Assembly (NCBI GenBank): GCA_021772565.1
Contig: JAJFLR010000035.1
Location: forward strand, 17,621 to 81,620
DNA from: Opitutales bacterium
Lineage (GTDB): Bacteria; Verrucomicrobiota; Verrucomicrobiia; Opitutales; JAJFLR01
Length of the DNA: 64,000 nt
Reading direction: 5' to 3'
Position numbers and translations under genes: made by a program. The notes beneath the pieces were generated by a model, which saw only the letters and a program-made list of their open reading frames with translations, had not been told where the DNA came from and did not search any database. Of the stretch, positions 37,995 through 46,984 are shown piece by piece. Positions within the stretch are counted from its first letter, which is position 1. Each line of letters opens with the position of its first letter.

Positions 37995-39047
37995 CTATTC
38001 TAAATTTTGTCCCGTTCTTGCTTTATGTAATTCGTTGTGCTGGCCGATATCAGTCCATTCTTCTAATATCTCAAACGCACCTATAGACTTGTTACTATTT
38101 AAATATTGTTCAATTAATTTGGTTATGGGAAAAAATTGTCGAGGAACAATATCTATCAGCTCGGGATTAATAACATAAACGCCTGCATTAACTAATTTTT
38201 CAAGAGTTGGTTTTTCAATTAATGCAACGATATTATTATCTTTTGTCTCTATACATCCGTATGGCACATGATGAAAATAACGTTTGACGCCCATAGTTGC
38301 AATATATCCTCCAGAAGTATGAAAAGCGAGTAAATGATCAATATTGACTTCAGTAATCAAATCACCATTGAGCAAAATAAATGGATATTGTAATTTATCG
38401 GGAATAAGAGAAATCGCTCCCCCTGTTCCAAGAGGCTCATCTTCATGTAAGTATTCAATGCTACAACCAAATTGGCTTCCATCGCCAAAGTATTCCTCAA
38501 TTATAGCACCGAGATAGTTTACCGAAATATAAAAATTCCGAATACCATAACTAACCAAATGCAATAATATTCGCTCTAAAATTGGCTTTCCCGCCACCCT
38601 TATCATGGGTTTGGGTAAATTCTCTGTAAGAGGGCTTAATCGAGTACCTCTACCCCCCGCCATAATTACAGCATAATTTGGTCGTTCATTCATTCCTAAA
38701 ATATCATACAATAAATGAAGCCCGACTAGTTTGTTCTCATTGTCAATTACCGGAACTTGATGAATGTGTCGAGCTTGCATTAGCTCAAGAACATCATTTC
38801 GACCCACTTCGGATGTAACGGAAATAAACTCTTTAGAAAGGTATTCTGTTATCGGGGAATTTAAACTTGCCCCAGCGAGTAAAGCTCTTCTGATATTTCC
38901 ATCTGTAAGTATGCCATGCAATTTTCCGTCAACATCAAGAGCCAAAGCAATTCCAGCAGTTCCATCATTAATGGCTCGTAATGCCTGAAGTAGCGTATCA
39001 CTTAGTTTAATACAGCAAGATTGAACTCTTGAAGTAATGTTTGCCAT
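37995..39047 (-). CDS. Sugar-phosphate nucleotidyltransferase with N-terminal tandem CBS domains (PtmE-like)
   Basis: 350 aa. CBS-type ARHIHQVPVIDNENKLVGLHLLYDIL, then AVIMAGGRGTRLSPLTENLPKPMIRVAGKPILE (G-x-G-T-R-L). Confidence 0.8.
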   Translation of the reverse strand: MANITSRVQSCCIKLSDTLLQALRAINDGTAGIALALDVDGKLHGILTDGNIRRALLAGASLNSPITEYLSKEFISVTSEVGRNDVLELMQARHIHQVPVIDNENKLVGLHLLYDILGMNERPNYAVIMAGGRGTRLSPLTENLPKPMIRVAGKPILERILLHLVSYGIRNFYISVNYLGAIIEEYFGDGSQFGCSIEYLHEDEPLGTGGAISLIPDKLQYPFILLNGDLITEVNIDHLLAFHTSGGYIATMGVKRYFHHVPYGCIETKDNNIVALIEKPTLEKLVNAGVYVINPELIDIVPRQFFPITKLIEQYLNSNKSIGAFEILEEWTDIGQHNELHKARTGQNLE

Positions 39048-39091
39048 AATTTTAGTGAAAAAATCCGTTAGTATTCTAGAATAAATTTATT

Positions 39092-40147
39092 TTATTCAAA
39101 ATCTGACCACTGGAATAAATCATCAGTTGATTTTGGTTTTTTTAAACGGCGCCCTATTAAATATTTTTCTTCATCTGGAGATATAGCTGTTCCCGGACGC
39201 TTATAAGCGATATCATCGGCTTGAATAATATCACCAGCTTTTAAATCCCCTATTGCTACAGCGCTACGTCTGAATTTTTTCTTTTTTTTATTTTCAGCTT
39301 GAGTAACAATTCTTCGTAAATTACCCAACGAATGATTAATGTTTTTTGATTCTCTACAAATTTTTGTCAGCTCATCCGGATCAGCTGAAATTTCGTGATC
39401 CCACCCAGGTAAATTCTTATCAGTTGTAAAATGTTTTTCGATAACACAGGCACCAAGTGCAACAGAAGCTAAGGGAATAGAAGTCCCAATTGTATGATCA
39501 GAAAATCCAACGGGATAGCCGAATGTCTCCTGTAGCATAGTAATATTGCGAAGATGAATGTCTTCAATTTGGGGGGGGTAAATAGAAATACAATGCAATA
39601 AAATAATTTGCGTATTTCCTTCAGATTCAACCGTTAGTATTGCTTGCTCAATCTCTCCCAACGTTCCCATGCCAGTTGACAATAAAACCGGTTTCCCTTG
39701 TTGAGCGACGTACCGTAGTAGATTTAATTGATTTAAATCCATTGATGCTACTTTAACATATGGAACCTTAAAGCGCATAAGAAGATCTACTTCCTTGATT
39801 GAAAACGGTGTCGATACAAAATCTACATTTTTTTCATTACAGTAATCACAAAGCTCTTCGTGCTGTTCTTCACGAAGATAGTATCGCTCAACCATTTCGC
39901 GTAATGATCCAAAATGTTTTTTGGCGGAATCGTCGTATTTTTGATTACAGTCATACTCTTCACGAGCTATCAAGGATTCAGGTGTCCATGATTGAAACTT
40001 AACTGCATCTGAACCACAGGCAACAGCAGAATCAATCATTTTTCGGGCTAAATCCATTTCGCCATTATGGTTAGCACCAATTTCAGCAATTATGTATGGT
40101 TCACAGAAGTTATAAACAGATTTATCAGACGTCAGATCAATTTTCAT
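39092..40147 (-). CDS. Nonulosonic acid synthase (NeuB/LegI/PseI family) with C-terminal SAF domain
   Basis: 351 aa. PYIIAEIGANHNGEMDLARKMIDSAVACGSDAVKFQSW, with a C-terminal AGDIIQADDIAYKRPGTAISP. Confidence 0.9.
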   Translation of the reverse strand: MKIDLTSDKSVYNFCEPYIIAEIGANHNGEMDLARKMIDSAVACGSDAVKFQSWTPESLIAREEYDCNQKYDDSAKKHFGSLREMVERYYLREEQHEELCDYCNEKNVDFVSTPFSIKEVDLLMRFKVPYVKVASMDLNQLNLLRYVAQQGKPVLLSTGMGTLGEIEQAILTVESEGNTQIILLHCISIYPPQIEDIHLRNITMLQETFGYPVGFSDHTIGTSIPLASVALGACVIEKHFTTDKNLPGWDHEISADPDELTKICRESKNINHSLGNLRRIVTQAENKKKKKFRRSAVAIGDLKAGDIIQADDIAYKRPGTAISPDEEKYLIGRRLKKPKSTDDLFQWSDFE

Positions 40148-40164
40148 AATTTTTAATAATAATA

Positions 40165-40986
40165 TTAAATTTCTATTTTAGGCAACTCCCACCAGAAAGG
40201 ATTTTTGTCAACATCCTTACAATCTTTATTCATAGTATTGTTGTTAGCCTCAATTAATGACGAGTAATTTCCAAAACCTAAATTTTGTAGTGCTGTATAC
40301 AATAAATGCCGTTGGTTTTTAGTATCCTGTTCCGATTCTTTGCTCCAATTACCAATTCCAACAGAATTATTTGAGTGTTGTCTGTAATAAGTGATAATAT
40401 CTTGAGTCCATGACAACTTCCAACCAGTCTCCATTAAATAACTAAAGAAATACCAATCAAGGGGTTTAAGATTATTTGGAGGAAGAGGAGGTAATGAAAG
40501 CCCGTTAGTGCTCAAAGCAGTATTTGATAGACCAGCAAAATTAAAGCACTTAAGATCAGGTAAATTAGAATAATCATTCAATTGAGGTGAAAAATAATCT
40601 TGTATCAGCAAGATACCATTGTCGTCAACCAAGGTGATCTCATTAACCAGAATTGTTTTTTCTTTGTTCTCTAATAACTCTTTGGTTTTAGAAACACGAT
40701 TACTGCTAAAGTAATCGTCACAATCTGCAAAAATTAATAACTCAAAACCTAATGAAATTGCTTTATTAATCAGGTAAAAACGGTTTTCAGAAATAGACAT
40801 GCCTGACAAATCAAAGTGATCTACAGAAATATTAGATGGTAAACCTTCTAATTTTTCTTTATCGCAATTATCGTTGCCAAGTAACAAAGTAAAATCTAAA
40901 TCTGTTTGATTTAATAGACTTTCTGCAAAAGGTAAAAAGGCCTTGCCGATACCAGGATGGTTTACTGCTAAAACTGCTGTCTTCAA
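40165..40986 (-). CDS. Small GT-A-like (glycosyltransferase family 2-like) protein, function unknown
   Basis: 273 aa. LLIFADCDDYFSSNR supplies a DxD-like motif after a Rossmann-like N-terminus. Embedded in the nonulosonic-acid module and overlapped by 4 nt with the upstream gene. Confidence 0.4.
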   Translation of the reverse strand: MKTAVLAVNHPGIGKAFLPFAESLLNQTDLDFTLLLGNDNCDKEKLEGLPSNISVDHFDLSGMSISENRFYLINKAISLGFELLIFADCDDYFSSNRVSKTKELLENKEKTILVNEITLVDDNGILLIQDYFSPQLNDYSNLPDLKCFNFAGLSNTALSTNGLSLPPLPPNNLKPLDWYFFSYLMETGWKLSWTQDIITYYRQHSNNSVGIGNWSKESEQDTKNQRHLLYTALQNLGFGNYSSLIEANNNTMNKDCKDVDKNPFWWELPKIEI

Positions 40987-41642
40987 GCTCGCTCCTGTAT
41001 CTTTGCCGGAAGTCCTTTAGCAACTGAATCAGATGGTATATCTTTATTTACGACCGCTCCGGCAGCAATCAAACTTGATTCGCCAATCTTTATACCCTGT
41101 AGAATAATAGACCCACACCCAATGTGGGACCCTTTAGCGATAGTAACGTCGCCGCAAATTACTGAGCCAGGTGCTACATGCACATGATCCTTAACTACAC
41201 AATCATGGTCGATAGAACTGTTTGAATTAATAATACAATTTTCTCCAATAATACTAACTGTTTGAATAACCACTCCGGCCATAATTTGAGAACCTTCACT
41301 AATTTTAACGGAATTACTAATAACGGCTGATGGATGTATTAGTGTTGCAAATTTGTAACCTTTATCCTTGAAATGTTCGTATAACTTGACTCTAGGATTT
41401 GAGTTACCAATTGAACCTATTCCATTTACAAGCTCAACGTCGTTTGGACTATACTTATAGATTATGTTATCATCTCCCAACAGTTCACAGTTTTCAAAAT
41501 CCTGATTTAGTTTATTACAACTTGTCCCTACAGTAATACCTTTAATTATTCTGTTTGTAATTCTAGCGATATCCACAAGAACTTTACTATGCCCACCAGC
41601 TCCTAGAATAATTAATGGCTTCATACTAAATATTTTTAGCAA
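40983..41642 (-). CDS. Hexapeptide-repeat N-acetyltransferase (NeuD/PglD/LegH-like)
   Basis: 219 aa. LIILGAGGHSKVLVDIA N-terminal domain, then a left-handed beta-helix run IGENCIINSNSSIDHDCVVKDHVHVAPGSVICGDVTIAKGSHIGCGSIILQG. Confidence 0.8.
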   Translation of the reverse strand: MLKIFSMKPLIILGAGGHSKVLVDIARITNRIIKGITVGTSCNKLNQDFENCELLGDDNIIYKYSPNDVELVNGIGSIGNSNPRVKLYEHFKDKGYKFATLIHPSAVISNSVKISEGSQIMAGVVIQTVSIIGENCIINSNSSIDHDCVVKDHVHVAPGSVICGDVTIAKGSHIGCGSIILQGIKIGESSLIAAGAVVNKDIPSDSVAKGLPAKIQERA

Positions 41643-42798
41643 GCGTTATGCTACTGGGAATATTTATTAACCCCGAGCCTATTTTTGAAGCAATAGACAA
41701 ATCCATTGCTGGACAACTGCTATACATTGTTAATCTATTAAGAAGTGTCCATGCTGGACGTGTCATAATTTTACTACCATTCGTCATACTTAGAATTTTT
41801 TCCAATTCTGAAACGTATCTCTCATCTAATAAAATAGCATTCAACCAATAATTACTTTTACAGTTTATTGGTTCACTTATAAATCGAACGCCGTCTACAT
41901 TAGAAAAAGCTTCAGCATACCTATTCGCTAATACTCGTTTTTTCTCTAAAAACTCCGGCAGTTGCTCAAGTTGAGCACAACCAAGCGCAGCATTAATATT
42001 TGGCATTCGGTAATTATATCCGACTCTATCATGGTTGTATTCCCATTTGTGCGGAAGTTTAGCAGTAGTAGTAATATGTTTTGCCAAATCGGCCAACGAC
42101 TCATCATTAGTCAAAATTGCACCGCCACCGCCTGTAGTAATAGTTTTATTGCCATTAAAACTTAAAGCGGAAAGCAACCCCAATCCTCCCGTATGTGTTC
42201 CCTTGTAGTAACTGCCAATTGATTCTGCCGCATCTTCAACTACAACCAGATGATACTTCTTAGCGACTTTTAGTAATTCGTCCATTCGAACGGGATGGCC
42301 AAACGTGTGCATTGGCATTACTACCTTAATACGACGCCTGGTTTGTTTATTGAAACATTCTTCATTAATTATTTCCGTTATATCGTTTAAATAAACATCC
42401 AGTTTTTCCAGGTCAAGCCCAAGAGTAGCTTCTTCGCTATCGATAAAGTGCGGTATGGCATCACAATATTTGACTGCGTTAGCTGATGCAACAAATGAAA
42501 GTGCTGGAATCAAAACTTCATCATTCCTATTTACACCAGCCATTATCAGGCAAATATGCAGAGCCGCAGTTCCATTGCATGTCGCGATGGCTCTTTTTAC
42601 ACCAGTATATTCTTCCAATTTTTTTTCAAACAAATCCACGTATTTTCCTGCGGAAGATACCCAACCGGTATCAATACATTCTTTAACATAATTCCATTCA
42701 TTACCATTAAAAGTTGGACTGTGCAAAAGAACCAAGTCTTCTGTAGGTAATAACATTCTCTTTAACACCCGGCAAATAATGGAAGCTAGTGACTCCAT
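41626..42798 (-). CDS. DegT-family aminotransferase (LegC/PglE-like position)
   Basis: 390 aa. ATCNGTAALHICLIMAGVNRNDEVLIPALSF and LSFNGNKTITTGGGGAILTND. Overlaps the acetyltransferase gene by 17 nt. Confidence 0.8.
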   Translation of the reverse strand: MESLASIICRVLKRMLLPTEDLVLLHSPTFNGNEWNYVKECIDTGWVSSAGKYVDLFEKKLEEYTGVKRAIATCNGTAALHICLIMAGVNRNDEVLIPALSFVASANAVKYCDAIPHFIDSEEATLGLDLEKLDVYLNDITEIINEECFNKQTRRRIKVVMPMHTFGHPVRMDELLKVAKKYHLVVVEDAAESIGSYYKGTHTGGLGLLSALSFNGNKTITTGGGGAILTNDESLADLAKHITTTAKLPHKWEYNHDRVGYNYRMPNINAALGCAQLEQLPEFLEKKRVLANRYAEAFSNVDGVRFISEPINCKSNYWLNAILLDERYVSELEKILSMTNGSKIMTRPAWTLLNRLTMYSSCPAMDLSIASKIGSGLINIPSSITLAKNI

Positions 42799-42845
42799 AT
42801 AATTCTCAATCTATATTGTATTACAAAAAACTTCATTACAGAAAA

Positions 42846-44057
42846 TTACATTTTCTGATCAAGATTTATAGAACTACTGACATGTTGGAATTCTGGAACT
42901 ACAGATTTAACAAGATCAATTAATGCGATTTTGCTCCATTGATGAGATTGTTCAATTTCCTTAAAATTTCTTATTGCCACTTCTATACTCTCTTTCTCAG
43001 CTTCAATAGGGGCAGTAATGACGCCTGCACTTTGACAACGATTTAAGTCAACTTCTTCATTTTCAGAATAAAACTCCTCAAACATTTTCTCACCACTTGT
43101 GTTTGATGCCGAAAAATAACATGGCCAATCGTTTGTGTCATCTGTCATGAGCAAAGCCCTTTCACGAGCTTCTTCTTCTGAATCACACATAATTGGGTTC
43201 AACCCACTTTCTGTCAAAAAGGTTAATGCAATGCTCGAAAAAGTTATTAAATAATCCTTTGGATTCATTTTTGGAAAATATATCTCTTTGTTATTACCTA
43301 AAAAACATGATAGTAAACATAGTTGACCTGCTTCCTCACCTGATATGAAATAACGACGTACGTCGTTTGGCGCAGACAATGGTTGTTTCTTTTCAATTCG
43401 ATAACGAAATCCGTGTAACAAACTACCATCCGAAAATGCTACATTAGCAAATCGTGCACTGCTGAATGGAATCATATTATTAAAGGTTAAAAATATTCTT
43501 TCCATAAATGCTTTCGTAGCGCCCATAAAACTAGCTGGATTTACTGCTTTATCTGAAGACACAGAGAATATTTTTTTCACATTCATTCCACTTAAACTTT
43601 TTATCAAATCCCAATTAGCACTCACATTGACGTTAAACATACGTAACATACTATAAGGATCTCGTTCAGAACGTACATGTTTCATAGCTGCAAAATTAAT
43701 GATATAGTCAAACGGCTTTTGAGCTTTAAGAAAAAATTCAAATTCGTTCGTTCCAAAGCCAATAGAAAATGAAGCAAACTCATTAGGAACAACTATCCTT
43801 GAAGACCGTATATCTCGAACTAACTCGACAAGATTATTTTCGCTGGGATCAATCAAATATAGTGCAGATGGTTTATACTCAGCTACAATCTTTACAAAAG
43901 AACTGCCGATAGATCCAGCTGCCCCAATTATTAATAGCCGCGAATTCTTAAGAATCTCAGTTAATTCACTTTGTTTTTCAGTGATATCACTTTGAAAAAA
44001 TGACTGCTTACGATCTAAAATTTCCGAAATTAAACTGCTGTGAACTACTTTATGCAT
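42846..44057 (-). CDS. Soluble CapD/PglF-type NDP-sugar 4,6-dehydratase
   Basis: 403 aa. RLLIIGAAGSIGSSFVKIV Rossmann motif and FSVSSDKAVNPASFMGATKAFMERIF (S..DKAV.P...MGATK signature). Confidence 0.7.
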   Translation of the reverse strand: MHKVVHSSLISEILDRKQSFFQSDITEKQSELTEILKNSRLLIIGAAGSIGSSFVKIVAEYKPSALYLIDPSENNLVELVRDIRSSRIVVPNEFASFSIGFGTNEFEFFLKAQKPFDYIINFAAMKHVRSERDPYSMLRMFNVNVSANWDLIKSLSGMNVKKIFSVSSDKAVNPASFMGATKAFMERIFLTFNNMIPFSSARFANVAFSDGSLLHGFRYRIEKKQPLSAPNDVRRYFISGEEAGQLCLLSCFLGNNKEIYFPKMNPKDYLITFSSIALTFLTESGLNPIMCDSEEEARERALLMTDDTNDWPCYFSASNTSGEKMFEEFYSENEEVDLNRCQSAGVITAPIEAEKESIEVAIRNFKEIEQSHQWSKIALIDLVKSVVPEFQHVSSSINLDQKM

Positions 44058-44258
44058 AACATATTATTAATATCCCTCAGGTAAATTTTTTAAATTATTA
44101 TGACAGCTAAAAATTGAGTTCAAATTAATTAATAAAATTCCCTGCACCAATACAAATAATCCAGTAATCAAACAATATGACCTTTATCTAGTACAAGTCT
44201 AATTTAAACAAAATCGATAAACTCAACTAATCCTGTTATTATATTTTCAAGTAACGAT

Positions 44259-44330
44259 CCTCGCAGCAAGCTACGAGGCATTAAAGAAAAAAAAGAATTT
44301 CAGAGTGCGCGAAGCAAGCTTCGAGGTATT
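44259..44330. repeat. Two tandem GC-rich hairpin units
   Basis: Unit 1 is CCTCGCAGCAAGCTACGAGG (44259-44278). Unit 2 contains the perfect palindrome CGAAGC-AA-GCTTCG (44310-44323). The 18-mers AGCAAGCTACGAGGCATT (44265-44282) and AGCAAGCTTCGAGGTATT (44313-44330) share 16 of 18 positions at a 48-nt spacing. Confidence 0.6.
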
Positions 44331-44384
44331 CATCATCCTACAGTGAATAAATTTTTTATCCCATTCCATTATATAAGAGAATTT

Positions 44385-45119
44385 TCATATACATGTCCAC
44401 CCTCCGTCAACTACCAGGTTGTGACCTGTAATATACGCTGCTTCATCTGAAAGTAAAAAACAAATCGAAGAGACAATGTCTTCAGGCCTACCCATACGCT
44501 TGAGAGGAACTTTTTTTGAATAATTTCTAACAAAAGACGCAGGTTGACTGGCAAAAATACCCCCTGGAGAAACACAATTCACCCGTATATTATCTTTTCC
44601 CACATAAGAAGCAAGATAACGGCTGAAATTGATAATACCACCTTTTATAGCATTATAAGCAGCTGGTGAAGTCATGTCGGTTTCTTCATATACAGTGAAA
44701 TCTGGAGCCACTATTCCATAAATAGAAGCAATATTCACTATAGCCCCTTCTCCCTGTTTTTTCATCACTTTAATTGCTTTCTGACAGCATAAAATATAGC
44801 TATTCATCTGCATATCGATGTTCTTTCTAAGAGAATCGGAAGTGATATTTTCAAACTTTGCCCCCCAATCTTTTGTTCTGGGATAAGCGTTATTTACCAG
44901 TCCATCAATTTTTCCAAAATGTTTAACTACTTTTTCAATCGTCTCCGTGATTGAAACGTCATTAGTAATATCGCATTGAATTGTTCCTTTTTCCAAATCG
45001 GTTGTTACCGATATATCAGCATTTACAGGAATTCCACCTTCGTTACTAATCTTCTTCATTATGGCTTTACCAATCAGACCGCTTCCACCTGTAACAATGA
45101 TTATTTTTTTATTTAACAT
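44385..45119 (-). CDS. Short-chain dehydrogenase/reductase (SDR)
   Basis: 244 aa. IIIVTGGSGLIGKAIMKKI and catalytic YxxxK in AAYNAIKGGIINF. Confidence 0.85.
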   Translation of the reverse strand: MLNKKIIIVTGGSGLIGKAIMKKISNEGGIPVNADISVTTDLEKGTIQCDITNDVSITETIEKVVKHFGKIDGLVNNAYPRTKDWGAKFENITSDSLRKNIDMQMNSYILCCQKAIKVMKKQGEGAIVNIASIYGIVAPDFTVYEETDMTSPAAYNAIKGGIINFSRYLASYVGKDNIRVNCVSPGGIFASQPASFVRNYSKKVPLKRMGRPEDIVSSICFLLSDEAAYITGHNLVVDGGWTCI

Positions 45120-45168
45120 AAGTCAGATTTTATTAATTACTCCGAATAGTTACTTATCATTCGAAGGA

Positions 45169-45276
45169 CTATAATTCATCTCTTAAACTAGTACGAATAA
45201 CATAAAGACGCCAAACGTAATCACGATCTACAACATTACGTAGTCTTGAAGGGAAACGTATACATATCCAGAATAT
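45169..45276 (-). pseudogene. Remnant of the C-terminal region of a DegT-family aminotransferase
   Basis: Minus strand reads IFWICIRFPSRLRNVVDRDYVWRLYVIRTSLRDEL-stop with no start codon. DRDYVWRLYVIRTSLRDEL parallels NRDHVWHLYVIRTHHRDNL of the intact gene at 46985-48100. Nt 45191-45228 versus 47238-47275 match at 33 of 38 positions by hand alignment. Confidence 0.6.
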
Positions 45277-45308
45277 TTAATTTCATTTAAGAATCACAAG
45301 GTCGTTAT

Positions 45309-46880
45309 CTATATTATTGCATGAGCAATAAACTTAACTAACTCGTTTTTTAAATAAGGATTAAACGGAAGTGACAATACTTTGTTTGCAGTCATTTCAG
45401 CTTTAGGAAAATCTCCGCGACAAAAGCCAAATGGTTTTAATGCATCGAGCAAGTGCAATGGTGTTGCATAATAAACTACATTTGGAATACCTGCATTGTT
45501 TAGTTTTTTTTGAAGTGAAGCTCGATCATTAACCTGAATTGTATACTGCGCCCATGCTGAAGTTAAACCATTAGGAATGTTAGGAGATTTTATCACTTCC
45601 TTTCCTGCCTTTTCATTAATTAGAGATAACGTTTCGTTATACCATTCAGCAACTTTTTGACGGCGCTCAAGTTCATCCGCATAAATTTTAAATTTCTCCA
45701 AAAGTATTGCCGCCTGAATCGTATCCAATCGAGCATTCAGACCAATACGAATGTTATTGTATTTATCTGAGCCTTTACCGTGCACTCTAATTAACCTGAG
45801 CTTCTCTGCCAGTTCGTCATCATCCGTAAAACAAGCACCACCATCTCCATAACAACCGAGCGGCTTTGCAGGGTAAAAACTGGTACAGCCAATATGTCCT
45901 TGTGAAGGCACGCGGTTACCTTTATAGGTTGCCCCAAAAGCCTGCGCCGCATCCTGAATGATGAATAAGCCATGTTTTTTTGCTAACGGCAAAATAGCGT
46001 CATAGTCACAAGGTAACCCAAAGAGATCGACTGTTATAATTCCTCGAAGATTAAGTTTTCCATCAGATTTAAGTTCTTCAATACTTTTTTCAATTTCCTG
46101 CGAATCGATATTATAAGTATCTGGATCAATATCGGCAAAAACTGGTGTAGCCCCGACAAAAGCAATAACCTCAGCAGTTGCAAAAAAGCTAAATGGCGTC
46201 GTGATTATAGCATCACCTGGGCCTACTTCGTAGGCCATTAAAGCAGCGAGCAAAGCGTCCGTTCCACTAGAAAGGCTGATACAGTGATTCGATCCACTAA
46301 AAGCGGCCAACTCCAGTTCTAACTCGTTAACTTCTGATCCTAGAATATATTTGCCGTGGTGTAAGACTTTATGAATTGCCGACTCGAGATTTCCACGAAT
46401 TTTATTCTGTTGTGATACCAAATCGATAAATGATAACGGCTTTTTATCATTTTTAATTTCAAGGAATTCTTCAGGAGAAATCGCCTGGTTACAAATTTTC
46501 TGTAGCCTGGTATCGCGTGTTAACAGATATGCATCAGTCCCCAAACGATTGACTGATCGCGCCAACTGACTGTTTTTAGGATTATCTTCAGCAAAAATGG
46601 ATTCGCCATCACCGGCGAGAGCAGCAAGCCAATGACACTCCGCAGAAAATCCATGAAGCCGTTCCTTAGCTTCCAATTCCGCATCTGCAAACGAAAGTGC
46701 TACTTTTTCATTTTGAATTTGTTTTGCCAAATCGCAGACTAAAGTTTGAACAGCGCCAAGATATAGCCAAGCGCGTTCAAGCTTTTTTACTTTATCGAAT
46801 GCTTTTTGCAAAGTTTCGGAATACGCCGACTCACGTGAGCAAATATCAATCACTATACTTATATCAAGTAGAACTTCCAT
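45309..46880 (-). CDS. WbpE-type DegT aminotransferase with a ~150-aa N-terminal PIN-like extension
   Basis: 523 aa. Residues ~150-523 carry FIDLVSQQNKIRGNLESAIHKVLHHGKYILGSEV, SSGTDALLAALMAYEVGPGDAIITTPFSFFAT, SFYPAKPLGCYGDGGACFTDDDELA and NARLDTIQAAILL, closest to P. aeruginosa WbpE as I recall it. Residues 1-148 begin VLLDISIVIDI and end LGTDAYLLTRDTRL, a PIN-like pattern. Confidence 0.75.
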   Translation of the reverse strand: MEVLLDISIVIDICSRESAYSETLQKAFDKVKKLERAWLYLGAVQTLVCDLAKQIQNEKVALSFADAELEAKERLHGFSAECHWLAALAGDGESIFAEDNPKNSQLARSVNRLGTDAYLLTRDTRLQKICNQAISPEEFLEIKNDKKPLSFIDLVSQQNKIRGNLESAIHKVLHHGKYILGSEVNELELELAAFSGSNHCISLSSGTDALLAALMAYEVGPGDAIITTPFSFFATAEVIAFVGATPVFADIDPDTYNIDSQEIEKSIEELKSDGKLNLRGIITVDLFGLPCDYDAILPLAKKHGLFIIQDAAQAFGATYKGNRVPSQGHIGCTSFYPAKPLGCYGDGGACFTDDDELAEKLRLIRVHGKGSDKYNNIRIGLNARLDTIQAAILLEKFKIYADELERRQKVAEWYNETLSLINEKAGKEVIKSPNIPNGLTSAWAQYTIQVNDRASLQKKLNNAGIPNVVYYATPLHLLDALKPFGFCRGDFPKAEMTANKVLSLPFNPYLKNELVKFIAHAII

Positions 46881-46984
46881 TTTGGCGAAGCGGTTATTCC
46901 AGCTTTATTTGAAACAATCTTCAAACGATTTATTAACAATGTTATCTTGTTTATCTTTCTTTAACTTTTATTTCCTAACGACCC

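Noticed and set aside
44125-44181. Short minus-strand stretch VILFDYWIICIGAGNFIN-stop resembling a Rossmann/NeuD-type N-terminus in the SDR-dehydratase spacer
   Set aside because: It is too short, has no start codon and its motif is degenerate. It cannot be distinguished from chance without a search.
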